Source: a virus. From it: 64,000 nt of DNA. Of the stretch, positions 45,493-55,545 are shown piece by piece. How positions within the stretch are numbered: the first letter of the stretch is position 1; each line of letters opens with the position of its first letter. Under the pieces are notes generated by a model. That model saw only the letters and a program-made list of their open reading frames with translations, was not told the DNA's origin and searched no databases. Where the stretch lies: positions 1-64,000 of IMG/VR virus record IMGVR_UViG_3300005289_000003. One strand, written 5' to 3'. The position numbers and the translations under genes were made by a program.

Positions 45493-46029
45493 ATGAATCT
45501 GGTTAGCCCAGAAGAAGTCATCAAGGTCTATCGTCAGTGTGTGGAAGAGGTAATCCGCAAGTACGGCATGCAGCCTGAGAGCTACCAAACCGATTTTGCG
45601 GATGAAGCGGAAGTCTCTCCGGTCATGACTTCGGTTATGGCTACCTGGGACATTGCCGGTAGACGAGCATTCATCATGGTCTACTACCAGTCAATCTCTG
45701 GGAACTACACACTGAACTTCCACGGGTTTGGTGATGGTCGGTTGTTGTCCCTGACAGAGATAGTCACCAAGGACAACATCTCTGACAATGACTTCTACTT
45801 CCCCATGACACTGGTTGGTCTGGGAGATATGAACTACCTACTCCCAGAGCTAGCAGAGTTGCCAGAGGTTCCGGAAGGTAGCGGAATCTTTATGGGTGAG
45901 ATAGTCGGGGCATCCTACGATGATTTCAAGAAGCTTCTAGACGTAGCCGGTCAAGAAGGCTTCACGATCATTGGCCCGGATTTCGTGGCGACTGTTGGGC
46001 ACGAAGAGGAAGAGCCTACCCAGGAGTAA
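45493..46029 (+). CDS. hypothetical acidic protein
   Basis: AAGGA SD. Confidence 0.65.
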   Translation: MNLVSPEEVIKVYRQCVEEVIRKYGMQPESYQTDFADEAEVSPVMTSVMATWDIAGRRAFIMVYYQSISGNYTLNFHGFGDGRLLSLTEIVTKDNISDNDFYFPMTLVGLGDMNYLLPELAELPEVPEGSGIFMGEIVGASYDDFKKLLDVAGQEGFTIIGPDFVATVGHEEEEPTQE

Positions 46030-46050
46030 CCCTTTACTCATGGAGTAAAG

Positions 46051-46458
46051 ATGACTTCAGATTGGACGGTAGAAACTCTCCGCGAACATTACAATGAAGT
46101 CCTACAACAGATGGACCTTAGGTACCAACAGAGATATGACGCACAAAACAAAGCTCTAGACGCTGCACTTCTTGCCGCTAAAGAAGCCGTACAGACTGCC
46201 CTGTTGGCGGCCAAGGAAGCGGTCATCAAGGCAGAGGTAGCCACCGAGAATCGGCTAACTCTTCTGAACGAACTACGCGCGGGTGTTGCTACCAGGGAAC
46301 AGATAGACGGACTGACGGAAAGACAGAGTGACCTGAAGGAACGGCTAGACCGAATAGAAGGCAAAAATTCTGGCATCGGTTCGTCCTGGTCAATACTGAT
46401 TGGTGCTATTAGTGTTATTGCCACAGTAATTATAGTAATCGTCACTCTGACATCATGA
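46051..46458 (+). CDS. coiled-coil protein with C-terminal TM anchor
   Basis: A-rich coiled coil; hydrophobic C-terminus. Confidence 0.7.
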   Translation: MTSDWTVETLREHYNEVLQQMDLRYQQRYDAQNKALDAALLAAKEAVQTALLAAKEAVIKAEVATENRLTLLNELRAGVATREQIDGLTERQSDLKERLDRIEGKNSGIGSSWSILIGAISVIATVIIVIVTLTS

Positions 46459-46461
46459 AGA

Positions 46462-47628
46462 TTGGCGTCTGTGTCGACTGCTCAGGACTTGATGCGGCAT
46501 GTGAATCAGTTCATGGGTTCACAAGTCGTGTCATTGGGAGATGACCCCAAATACAAAGTTAAGAACTTGCCCAGTGGAATAGTTCCCATTGACTATCTGA
46601 TGCACGGTGGCTTTCCGCGCGGACGATGCACGGAGCTATACGGAACGTTCTCGTCTCTGAAGACTTTCATTGGTTTGAACGCCATTGCCCAGACGCAACG
46701 TGATGGGGGCACAGCGGCACTTATCGATACTGAACGGGTCTATGACTCCGATTGGGCGCAGAGGCTAGGCGTAGACACCAGCGCGCTTATCCTGCTCCAA
46801 CCTGAGAACGGAGAAACCGCGATCGATGCAGCGGAGGTACTTGTCAGGAAAAATCTGGACATTCTAGTCTTTGACTCCGTGGCAGCCACCCTGCCCAAAG
46901 CGGAACAAGAGACGAAAATTTCGGACAAAGTACCCCAGATGGCGAGACTTGCCGCTTTGATGTCATTGGGACTCCGGAAGCTCACGGCAGCCAATGACCA
47001 CACGGCAATCATCTGGATTAACCAGACCAGACAGAACGTGGGCATTACCTTCGGGAACCCAGAGAATCCGACCGGAGGTAAGGCACTCGGTTACTACGCT
47101 TCGTGGCGCATCAACGTACGGCGGGCAGGACAAGTCACCAAGGAAAAGAAGATATTTGATGGTGAGAAGTTCCGTTCCGCTAAGTCCGTTGAGAAGGTCC
47201 GTATCTGCGCCACGGTAGAAAAGTCGAAACTAGCCAAACCCTTTGAGGTTATCTACTTCGACTATGACCTAGCTTCCGCCACAGTTGATGACGTTGGCTT
47301 CCTGATCTCACTTGGCCTTGAGTCCGGAGTCATCAAACAGGATGGTCAAATGTGGACACTCCAAAATGGAAGCAAGGTAAGGGGCAAGGACAAGTTCCGG
47401 GAAACAGTGGACGTGGAAGCCCTCAGAGCCCTTCTGAGCCTTCCTGGCGGGCACGTACCCCCCAAGACACCGGCCGCGCGGTTGAGGCTGCCAGCGTCCA
47501 AGCTAGGGGCCTCCACGGGCACCCCAGGTCCGGGGCAGGGAAAATCAAGTACGACGCTTCGGACCAAGAAGCTATCTACGAAATCAAGTCTGCCCAACGA
47601 TCCTTCAGACTGGGATACATACTTGTAA
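46462..47628 (+). CDS. recA: RecA-like recombinase
   Basis: GGFPRGR..ELYG..SS.KT, IDTE, FDSVAA, INQ.R, TGGKAL.YYAS.R. Confidence 0.93.
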   Translation: MASVSTAQDLMRHVNQFMGSQVVSLGDDPKYKVKNLPSGIVPIDYLMHGGFPRGRCTELYGTFSSLKTFIGLNAIAQTQRDGGTAALIDTERVYDSDWAQRLGVDTSALILLQPENGETAIDAAEVLVRKNLDILVFDSVAATLPKAEQETKISDKVPQMARLAALMSLGLRKLTAANDHTAIIWINQTRQNVGITFGNPENPTGGKALGYYASWRINVRRAGQVTKEKKIFDGEKFRSAKSVEKVRICATVEKSKLAKPFEVIYFDYDLASATVDDVGFLISLGLESGVIKQDGQMWTLQNGSKVRGKDKFRETVDVEALRALLSLPGGHVPPKTPAARLRLPASKLGASTGTPGPGQGKSSTTLRTKKLSTKSSLPNDPSDWDTYL

Positions 47629-47726
47629 GAGATCTCTTCAGGTATGCAACCAGGCAAGGGAAGAAACCAGTAATACTAATTTACTTTCCAGAATATGTGG
47701 TGGAATGTGAGATTAAGAGAAGGTAA
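47352..47726 (+). CDS. PD-(D/E)xK Holliday-junction resolvase-like nuclease overlapping recA
   Basis: G...E.......G...HP.SGAG..K.D.......EIK...KKPV. Confidence 0.6.
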   Translation: MDTPKWKQGKGQGQVPGNSGRGSPQSPSEPSWRARTPQDTGRAVEAASVQARGLHGHPRSGAGKIKYDASDQEAIYEIKSAQRSFRLGYILVRDLFRYATRQGKKPVILIYFPEYVVECEIKRR

Positions 47727-47729
47727 AAG

Positions 47730-48092
47730 TTGGCTTTTTATGATGACATAGACAGAGAGAAAAGGGCAACTAGATCTGTATACATTGAATCTGAAGAGCA
47801 TCGTTATAAACTAGATCTTTGTGAAGAAAACTATACCACTATAATTTTCCCGCTTTTGAAAGCAGCTACGAAAGTAGCGCAGCCCAAAAGCACAAATATT
47901 AAAGTTAAACCAAATAAGGATGATCAACCTAAGAGTCCAACTTACCCATGGAGCACAAATGAAGTCAGAATAGCAAAAATCTATTTTAGAAATAAAGGTG
48001 AAAAGGTTCCGCAAGCTTTGTTGAAAAAAGAAAAAATGCAAGAATGGGAACGTGCCGGTAGACCTCATGAAATACTAAAAGAAGGAATGTGA
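47730..48092 (+). CDS. divergent Lsr2-like protein
   Basis: DDID...V.....Y.LDL...N dimerisation motif; C-terminal domain lacks RGR. Confidence 0.55.
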   Translation: MAFYDDIDREKRATRSVYIESEEHRYKLDLCEENYTTIIFPLLKAATKVAQPKSTNIKVKPNKDDQPKSPTYPWSTNEVRIAKIYFRNKGEKVPQALLKKEKMQEWERAGRPHEILKEGM

Positions 48093-48379
48093 GGTAAAAA
48101 GAAGGTAATGGCAGAGTTCGGAAGTAAGCTTGGAGATAATGAACCACCCAACTTTTGCACGATAGAAGAGTGCGAAAACGACTCAGAGACTGCTATAGAA
48201 CTAGTAATATTTCAAACTCCAACCACACATATGGTTACTACCATTATGGTTTGCTACGAATGCAAACACAAGTATGAAGACTATAAGAATATGCAAGGTA
48301 ACCAAATAGACAGTACCAAAAGATACGAAGAAAACACTAGACATATTGAGCAAGGCTACGAAGAAGGTTCAATAACCTA

Positions 48380-48754
48380 GTGATTAGTCGTCGTGCCAAA
48401 TATATATTGGTGGGCTCTGCTGGAATAATCCTGTTTGCCAGTTGTGTTGCTGCTCTTAGCTCACCATCAGCAGACACGAGGAAGGACAGGATCACACCAG
48501 TAGTAACCACAACGACAGCTAGCCCGGTAACATCAACAAGTTCTATTACAGAACCTATTGAGACTACAGAACCTCCGGTACAAACCACGCAAGCGCCGGA
48601 ACCTGTAGTCATAGAAACTACAAATAAGCCAAGTCAAATTTATTACGGTAGTTGCTCCGAAGTCAGGCAAGCGGGTGCCGCTCCACTCAGTCAGGGTGAA
48701 CCTGGTTACCGCGCTGGTCTGGACAGAGATAGCGACGGAATGGCATGTGAATAA
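48380..48754 (+). CDS. excalibur Ca-binding domain lipoprotein
   Basis: Y.SC.EVR.AGAAPL..GEPGY...LDRD.DG.ACE; T/P-rich linker. Confidence 0.85.
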   Translation: MISRRAKYILVGSAGIILFASCVAALSSPSADTRKDRITPVVTTTTASPVTSTSSITEPIETTEPPVQTTQAPEPVVIETTNKPSQIYYGSCSEVRQAGAAPLSQGEPGYRAGLDRDSDGMACE

Positions 48755-48756
48755 CA

Positions 48757-49170
48757 ATGAGTAAGTTTTTGAAGGTCCTTCTTGGAATCATCGTCGTGAT
48801 CGTCCTGATTCTGGTCATAGCCGCATCTTGTGGGACAAATTCGGACAAGTCCGGACATGCCCCGGATCGGCAGAAGCCAGGGACAGAAGATGTTACAATC
48901 AGTAATTGCAATCTTTCGGAAGACTTGCCAGGAACCTTCAAACTGTCAGTAGACGTCAGCATTGAGAACCACTCAAGCAAGCCGAGCAACTACCTAGTTA
49001 CCACCGGTTTTGAGAACGAAGAAGGGGACCAACTAGGTACCGGTACCGCTGCTGTAGTTCACCTGAACCCAGGTCAGAAGTCCAAGCAACCGGCTATTAG
49101 TTTGCTTCAGGCTACTAAGCCAAAGGAACTTCACTGCACGATAGCGGACATTACCCGGTACGCCGCTTGA
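48757..49170 (+). CDS. FxLYD-like lipoprotein
   Basis: AASC lipobox; N.S.K.S.Y......G.QLG......L.PGQ. Confidence 0.65.
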   Translation: MSKFLKVLLGIIVVIVLILVIAASCGTNSDKSGHAPDRQKPGTEDVTISNCNLSEDLPGTFKLSVDVSIENHSSKPSNYLVTTGFENEEGDQLGTGTAAVVHLNPGQKSKQPAISLLQATKPKELHCTIADITRYAA

Positions 49171-49270
49171 GAAAAGGCGATTGGTTCGTACTGATTGGCG
49201 GAGTGCTGGGAACTCTCGCGCTCCTATGGTTTCTTTCTAATGTGGTTTGGGCCTAGAAAGGGTCTGAGCA

Positions 49271-49804
49271 ATGGAAGTAGAAATAGGTAAGGACGAGACC
49301 GAGGATGGTCCGTCCGGCCCGGACAAGTCCGTAAAGGGACGTCGCGTCAACCGTCCTGGTGTACGGGGTCGGTTCACCCGTCGGCGTGTGGCCGTCCTGG
49401 TGGCTCTCATGGGCCTTGCCGGAACGTTGTTCGGAGTTGGTGTAGCTCAGGCTGATCTACCTACAGCCTGGACACAGACCATTACGACTCCTGCCAATGG
49501 GTCGGCTAATGGTCTTCTTATCACTGGTCCGACTTCTGGCCTGGTCAACCTCTTTGAAATCAAGGACGGTTTCGATCAGCCCATTGCGGCAGTTGGTAAT
49601 GATGGTGGCCTGAAGGTCTTTGGTGATGACCTGGGGGTTTACGGTGCCCGTGGTGGAGTCTTCCTCCCTGAGGTTTACTTCACCCCTGACACCATCACAG
49701 CGGGTGCAGCCTGCCCGCTAGCGAACCAAGTAGCCATCTCTGGTCAAGACGGTAGCTTCTGGCGTTGCCACGCAACGCTTCTGAAGTGGAACAGAATTCT
49801 GTAA
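49271..49804 (+). CDS. secreted protein
   Basis: RRR plus hydrophobic stretch ending in AQA. Confidence 0.55.
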   Translation: MEVEIGKDETEDGPSGPDKSVKGRRVNRPGVRGRFTRRRVAVLVALMGLAGTLFGVGVAQADLPTAWTQTITTPANGSANGLLITGPTSGLVNLFEIKDGFDQPIAAVGNDGGLKVFGDDLGVYGARGGVFLPEVYFTPDTITAGAACPLANQVAISGQDGSFWRCHATLLKWNRIL

Positions 49805-50038
49805 GTGGCATGGCAGATTTCCAGGAATCACCCCTGGGGAGATGTAATAGTCTGGCTTCCCACTGAATATGGTTGGGGGTTCTCTCCTGACTATCAGGAC
49901 AGGGAAGCCAGACTAGAAGCTGTGTTGAATGCTTATGCGGAATACCATCAGCAACAGGAAAGGGGCACCACTGGATAACTCCGGTGTGTGCCCCTTTTTT
50001 AGTCTAAGGAGATTGATACGAAACTTCCGAAAGATCTA

Positions 50039-50878
50039 ATGGAAGAATTGAGGAACATAAAGAACGCGAACTTGATAGTCACGCCATACTTTGAGAACTG
50101 GCTTTTGACCCACCTTGATGATTCCCTTTCGGAAGAAATAATCTCCATCATTGTTCAGGAGTTCCGCAAGCCTCCCTATGATGACAAGCGACGTCTAGGG
50201 GGAAGCTCTGCCGGAACCTGCCTACGTAAGCAAGTCTTGTCTTATCTCGGGACCACTCCCACCAGTCTGCCCAACAACCACCTACGCCGAATCTTCCACG
50301 ATGGAAACTGGCGGCATCTCCGGTGGCAAGCTGCACTTCTCTCCGCTGGAATAGTTAGCGAAATAGAAGTCACTGTTGAGGATCCGGAAACGAAGGTAAG
50401 AGGGAAGATTGACGCGGTTGGTTTCGTACATGAAGACCACCCGAACAAGCTCTTCCGTGGCAAAAAGTTTGCTTTTGAATTGAAAGGCGCACACGACTAC
50501 GCTTACCGTTCTTACGGTAAGGAGGGTTGGCGCCAATACGGCGACCAAATGGTTAGGTATTTGAATGCCGACCCGACTATTGAGCTTTATGTCTTGGTGG
50601 TAGAGAACAAGAACACCAACGACTACAAAGAGTGGGTCATCCGGCGGGAAGACCTGGGGGCAGCCATTGCGCGGGAGCACTCGGAACTAGAGGCCCTGAA
50701 CCAGGCCATAGACACGCGGACGCTACCGCCCATGCTCACCCAGTGCGCGGCCGGTAAGGGCACCCTATGGACGCGCTGTAAGTTCGGTGGAGATACTGGC
50801 CAATGTGTGCAGCTAACCGAATGGCCAGTCAAGAAGCGAGTGATTAGGCCAAAGAATGGCGCCACGAATAAGGGTTAA
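50039..50878 (+). CDS. Cas4-like PD-(D/E)xK exonuclease
   Basis: SSAG.C.RK, G...H, GKID, ELK, Q..RY, C-terminal Cys cluster. Confidence 0.8.
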   Translation: MEELRNIKNANLIVTPYFENWLLTHLDDSLSEEIISIIVQEFRKPPYDDKRRLGGSSAGTCLRKQVLSYLGTTPTSLPNNHLRRIFHDGNWRHLRWQAALLSAGIVSEIEVTVEDPETKVRGKIDAVGFVHEDHPNKLFRGKKFAFELKGAHDYAYRSYGKEGWRQYGDQMVRYLNADPTIELYVLVVENKNTNDYKEWVIRREDLGAAIAREHSELEALNQAIDTRTLPPMLTQCAAGKGTLWTRCKFGGDTGQCVQLTEWPVKKRVIRPKNGATNKG

Positions 50879-51257
50879 CTCCCTAGCCCGTAAGACTCTG
50901 GCAATCAAAGTCCCCTATGGTCTCCTCTCGGTTAAAGACCTTGAGAAGGAAATAGACGAAATGGCTAGCGTCCTTCTCGGCCACACGCCACCACCCATCG
51001 ATACCGGTATATCCACCATGATGGAAGTGGCAGAAGGCTACTACGCCCGATGTGCAGAGCTAACCCGTCTTATCCTTCGGGAAGAGAGCAATGGGACGAT
51101 AGTCAAGGGAAGCCCCTACTACAAGCTTCGTACCGGTGAGCTACGGCTAATGCTGGAACTTTGTTCCCGACTAGCTAACCTTGGCAGCAGACGAATAACA
51201 GCCGATGAATTGAGATTTAAGAAGACAACCTATGGCCGAGAATCCTACCGTTCGTAA
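50856..51257 (+). CDS. hypothetical protein
   Basis: overlapping operon gene. Confidence 0.6.
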   Translation: MAPRIRVNSLARKTLAIKVPYGLLSVKDLEKEIDEMASVLLGHTPPPIDTGISTMMEVAEGYYARCAELTRLILREESNGTIVKGSPYYKLRTGELRLMLELCSRLANLGSRRITADELRFKKTTYGRESYRS

Positions 51258-51478
51258 GCTAGCCTTTGCTGGTGCTGGTGCGTCTTGGTTGTCTCATGCT
51301 GGCGTACCGGTAAAGGCAATTGTCTGCCTTGAGTGCGGAACAGTAATAGACATCACCATTGCTCCGCCAAATGTCCAACCTGACTTTTACTTGGACCAAC
51401 ACCAATTCAGAACAGCACGTGATTTGATTGTGGACTTTTGGAGGCTTAACAGAACCTTCCGAGGGAAGCTAGATACCG

Positions 51479-52003
51479 GTGTCGAAAAGGTACAAGCATA
51501 CGACGATTGCCATTGACCCTAGCTCCGTCCGGTTGGCATTCGCGGTGACGGGGCCACGTGGCGAGAAGTTCTATCTTTTTGACCTACCTAAAGATAAGGT
51601 CGAAGCATGTGGCTACGCCTACCGGTACACCAGAGACGTAATTTCTGAATTCTCTTTCTTCGGGTGTCGTCCGGTCGTCTTCTGTGAGCGTCAGGTAGGA
51701 AGCCCCAGAGGGGGCTACAACGCGCTCATACCTCAGGCCCATGTCTCGGGTGCCATCATGGCCGCTACGGTCACTGCGGCCACCCCAGCACCCTTCGTGC
51801 CCGTGCAGGTGGGCACATGGAAGAAGACAGTGATAGGGGTCGGGAGTGCCGGCAAGGATCTGGTAGCCGCACGCATCAAAGTCATGTGGCCGTCCGCATG
51901 GGAAGTTGCCCAACAACACCCAAAGACTAAGGGACGGCAAGACATCATTGATGCTGCGGCTATGAACCTCTGGGGTCGCATGTACCAGAATGGCAAAATT
52001 TAA
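51479..52003 (+). CDS. ruvC: RuvC-like resolvase
   Basis: IAIDPS, FCE, WKK.VIG.G.A.K, D..DAAA. Confidence 0.8.
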   Translation: MSKRYKHTTIAIDPSSVRLAFAVTGPRGEKFYLFDLPKDKVEACGYAYRYTRDVISEFSFFGCRPVVFCERQVGSPRGGYNALIPQAHVSGAIMAATVTAATPAPFVPVQVGTWKKTVIGVGSAGKDLVAARIKVMWPSAWEVAQQHPKTKGRQDIIDAAAMNLWGRMYQNGKI

Positions 52004-52378
52004 ATGACATTTGAAGAGGCTAAGCACATACTTAGTCAGATAACGTATAAGCCTGGTTGGAAATTCATTTTAAGTCCAGCCTATATGGATAATACGGCAG
52101 TCATTCATATTGATTATGAAGCCGATGAAGCAAGACTTCATCGAGCAAGATATATGCCAAAGACACACATAGTTTCCAGCCACATGATTTCTTTGGGATC
52201 TTTGGAGACTTCATACTTCCTTAGTCAAGTGTGGCGAGCAATCCTGGAAGCAGAGACTCACGAAATGCTAGAGTTCTTCAAAGTAAACGGTGAGATCTAT
52301 TGTGATCCACACGAGCGAGAGAACTACCGATACGGTAGCCCACCGAAGATGCCAGACTTCACTAAGTCCATAAACTAG
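52004..52378 (+). CDS. hypothetical protein (paralog of 54298-54684)
   Basis: I.YKPGW.F...E.HE..E.F...PH. Confidence 0.7.
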   Translation: MTFEEAKHILSQITYKPGWKFILSPAYMDNTAVIHIDYEADEARLHRARYMPKTHIVSSHMISLGSLETSYFLSQVWRAILEAETHEMLEFFKVNGEIYCDPHERENYRYGSPPKMPDFTKSIN

Positions 52379-52412
52379 AGAAGGGCCGTGGCTTTTGCCA
52401 CGGCCCTTTCTC
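52378..52412. terminator. bidirectional terminator
   Basis: GAGAAGGGCCGTGGC-TTTT-GCCACGGCCCTTTCTC. Confidence 0.85.
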
Positions 52413-52422
52413 ACGTCCTGGG

Positions 52423-52692
52423 TTAGTTCTTGTCTAGCTGTTCTGCCCTGAGATAGATATCTACCCCGTCTAGCCGAACATGAATGTTGGGGTAGTTCAC
52501 TCTGGTGTATTGCAGGAGTGACGAGTAGAGGCTACGAACGGTCGTCGTCCTGCCTCTCCAGTTGAGAAAGCTCTGTGGAACTCTCCAGGGCTTCTCACCA
52601 CCAGCACGCTTGAACTCCGTGATGACTTCGCTAGACCTGGATACCTGGATCTTACGGGGTGATCCGTCCCTATTAGTTGTAGTCACGTTCAT
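52423..52692 (-). CDS. hypothetical protein
   Basis: leftward operon ORF. Confidence 0.6.
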   Translation of the reverse strand: MNVTTTNRDGSPRKIQVSRSSEVITEFKRAGGEKPWRVPQSFLNWRGRTTTVRSLYSSLLQYTRVNYPNIHVRLDGVDIYLRAEQLDKN

Positions 52693-53170
52693 TGCCTTCT
52701 ACTCGTTGCGGTCCGAATGCTGACGTAAGTTGCTCTTTTACTGCGGCGACGAAATCAGGGTTCTCTAGGGGAAGGTCTGTTCCTTCTCCATTAGTCAGCA
52801 TCTCTATCTCGGCGTAAGCCTTCAGAACTTTACTGGCTTCCAGAGACAAAGTGCTGACTTCTACATCAGGCCAAAGCCTGAGCATCTTCCACATGAACTC
52901 AGTTGCGTTGACGGCATTAGGAATGCTCGCCGCATTTCTCGGTATTCCGAACTCTTCCATCATTGCTTTATAAAGCAGAGTCCGAAGCTTGAACCGAACC
53001 TCTACAGCCGTCAGTATTTCTCCGTCATCCCAGTCACCAACTATTTGGTTGATGATGTTGGCTGGTTCGGTACCGGGCCACAGGTTCACTATCTCCTGAT
53101 AGACCATGTAGGCGTAATTCCTAATGTTGCCTAGCAGGAATTCCATGTCTTCTATATCTTTTTGTTCCAC
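52673..53170 (-). CDS. hypothetical protein
   Basis: leftward operon ORF. Confidence 0.6.
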   Translation of the reverse strand: MEQKDIEDMEFLLGNIRNYAYMVYQEIVNLWPGTEPANIINQIVGDWDDGEILTAVEVRFKLRTLLYKAMMEEFGIPRNAASIPNAVNATEFMWKMLRLWPDVEVSTLSLEASKVLKAYAEIEMLTNGEGTDLPLENPDFVAAVKEQLTSAFGPQRVEGNERDYN

Positions 53171-53973
53171 TCCTAAAGCCTCTCAAACTGCCGTAGGGGA
53201 CCTGAGGCAGCCTCCCGGGGTGTTCGTACCGGGCAGACGTTCTCAGGTCCCCTACGGGGCTTCTAGGCCCCTTCCTGGGGCCTCACTGAACCAGGGTGGT
53301 CACTACGTCCCTGATCACTTGCTTGCGATTCCAGTGCTTGCCCGTACCCGTCTTCAGGTCCATGGACATCAGGCCCAATTGCACGGACAGATCGTGCAGC
53401 GCTTGAGCAAGCTCTAGGTCTTCATCCGTTGGCTTCCGGCTACCCATTCAGACCAGCCCTTCCAGTTCCTGAGGCTTCCCGAAGTGAGAGAACAGCATCG
53501 GACGTAGCTTCCGCCATTCCTCTATCGGGTCATGCTGGGTGTCGTCCGGTGCATCGTCGTCAAGTATTTCATTCAACCACTGAACGATGATGCCGCGTAC
53601 GTGCATCGCGTGCTCATGCCAGACGACGAAGGAAGCGATTTGGATTACCTCGAAGAATTCCATTGGGTCCATACTCACGGCCCAAAAGTCGGTGGCCAGC
53701 AGAGCCAGCGAACCGGTACGCGGTTCCTCGTTGTTCCGATCGGGAAGCAGAGCTTCCAGGATCCTCCGATCGTTCTGGAGAACTACCTCGTACCGTTCGG
53801 CCCACTCCTCCGGAATATCTCCGGTCGACATCTTGTCAAAAAGATCCCATACAGCACTCACGTTAATTACCTCCCTATAGTTGCCTCTTCCGATGAAGAG
53901 GCTACGTGCCTTTCCCTGGTTTCGCACCATAAGCCGCTTTCCGAAGAAAGCACTTGGGTAAGGCCACCTTGGT

Positions 53974-54285
53974 TTAACCGTTAGTGAACTTGACCACCGG
54001 GGCATCTCCCCAGTCTGGATCCTTTTCCATTAGGTCCCAACGGTAATCAGACCTTCTGGGGAGATCCACTTCAAAACCGGTAGGGACGCGAGTAACCAGC
54101 ATCTCTACGGTTCCGCCAGGAATCTTGTTCGGGGTGTGGCTGGTCTTTACCCACATGTCCCTATTGGCATCAGCCCACATGGCCCATGGGACCACATAGG
54201 CGGATTGACCAATCTTTAGGTCTGCCAATGTGCGCCGTTCCAACCGCTTCGGAAGTTTGGGCCGCTTCCAGAAACTCACTGCCAT
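53974..54285 (-). CDS. hypothetical protein
   Basis: AGGAG SD. Confidence 0.65.
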   Translation of the reverse strand: MAVSFWKRPKLPKRLERRTLADLKIGQSAYVVPWAMWADANRDMWVKTSHTPNKIPGGTVEMLVTRVPTGFEVDLPRRSDYRWDLMEKDPDWGDAPVVKFTNG

Positions 54286-54297
54286 TTCCCACTTCTC

Positions 54298-54684
54298 CTA
54301 GACGATGCCGAACTTCAGGTCATCCACCATCGTTCCGAATCGCTTCATGCCCGCGATCGTGTGGGGGTGGAATGGCGCGTCCATGTCCGGTGAGGTACGG
54401 AAGTACTCGCGTGCCTCATGCATCTCGATATCAAAGATGACTTCCAGGACACGACGGAGAAGGCTGTAGTGGTCGCAATCGGCCACCACCAGGGGGAAGG
54501 AAGCGTAGGTCTTGATTTCCTCCGGATACTCGGGAGCCTGGTCCTGATTGGTGTTCCGGGCCGGATAGTCAATCCGGACCTTGATAGCTCCCTCAAACCG
54601 GTTGGTGTGCTCCTCCGCCGTGAAGGTCCAACCAGGCTTGTAGATGATGGCGTTCACCAGATTGACAGCCTCAACCGGTCGCAT
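54298..54684 (-). CDS. hypothetical protein (paralog of 52004-52378)
   Basis: AAGGAGG SD; YKPGW...HEAREYF...HPH. Confidence 0.75.
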   Translation of the reverse strand: MRPVEAVNLVNAIIYKPGWTFTAEEHTNRFEGAIKVRIDYPARNTNQDQAPEYPEEIKTYASFPLVVADCDHYSLLRRVLEVIFDIEMHEAREYFRTSPDMDAPFHPHTIAGMKRFGTMVDDLKFGIV

Positions 54685-54713
54685 TTCATTTCCTCCTTTT
54701 GTTTGATGAAGCC

Positions 54714-54953
54714 TTAGCGGACAGGGTTGGGAAGTTCGTTGATGACCACGCGACCGTAACCGAACTTGTCGGTAAGCCGCGCGTAGTACTCATCCGGGGT
54801 CTGGCCATTGTGTACGTACTCGCCATCAATGGCCGTGATGTGGCCCTTGAAGACTTCCAGGATGCCGGCCAGGGACCAAGGAACCTCACTGATGTCTGTG
54901 TCCTGGTAGACCATGACGGCGAGGTTGGTCCGCTTTGGCTTGATACCCAACAT
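54714..54953 (-). CDS. hypothetical protein
   Basis: AAGGAGG SD. Confidence 0.7.
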   Translation of the reverse strand: MLGIKPKRTNLAVMVYQDTDISEVPWSLAGILEVFKGHITAIDGEYVHNGQTPDEYYARLTDKFGYGRVVINELPNPVR

Positions 54954-54993
54954 TTCCCTTTTCCTCCTTCTATTGGTTGTCGTGCTTACTGCG

Positions 54994-55041
54994 CTCCCCT
55001 ACCTGGGATCAAACCCGCAAGCTCTAAGGCTAGGAAGGGGA
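54994..55041 (-). ncRNA. anticodon-less mini-tRNA-like element D
   Basis: TCCCCT../..AGGGGA stem, short hairpin, GGG-TTTGAT-CCC T-like arm. Confidence 0.5.
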
Positions 55042-55048
55042 TCCGGCC

Positions 55049-55291
55049 CTAAAGCCGGGATAGGTCTTCCTTGACGTCGTGGCCGATGTGCTGGACATCA
55101 ACGCTGACGTGGTGAATGTAGTGGCCGAAACCGTGAAGACCACCCATGGTGGTAATGCTGGCGTGGACGGCAGGTTCCGCGTGAATCACCAGGGCCATGA
55201 ACTCCACCGCCAGGATGAAGAGGAAGAACAGCAGAGACGATCCACTGTCGATCCGGTAGAAGGCAAGCTTGTCACGGGTGGCCTGAACCAT
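55049..55291 (-). CDS. small membrane protein
   Basis: AAGGAGG SD; TM segment. Confidence 0.65.
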   Translation of the reverse strand: MVQATRDKLAFYRIDSGSSLLFFLFILAVEFMALVIHAEPAVHASITTMGGLHGFGHYIHHVSVDVQHIGHDVKEDLSRL

Positions 55292-55326
55292 TTTCTTTCC
55301 TCCTTGTTTGTTGAACTTGCATTGCG

Positions 55327-55375
55327 CGCCCTATTCGCCATCAAAGGCCACGGTGTCACTGCTGACCCGTAGGGC
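55327..55375 (-). ncRNA. anticodon-less mini-tRNA-like element C
   Basis: GCCCTA/TAGGGC stem, hairpin, GCC-TTTGAT-GGC arm. Confidence 0.45.
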
Positions 55376-55545
55376 TTGTGTTCACTCCTTCTCGGTGAAC
55401 TTAAACGCTGGTGGGAAATCTACTATCTGCCCGTCAGGAAGTTCCAACTTGGTCCACATGACCCACTGAGTTGGTATTACTATCCTTCCGACTATTTCGA
55501 AAGCAGAAGTCCCATACACGGTTTCCACTGAAACTTTGTAGGTCA

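Noticed and set aside
42716-47628. Inteins or introns in DnaE or RecA
   Set aside because: Lengths and motif spacing are normal; no C...HN splice motifs seen
50039-50878. CRISPR-Cas adaptation gene
   Set aside because: Solo Cas4-like exonuclease in a recombination block; no array or cas1/cas2
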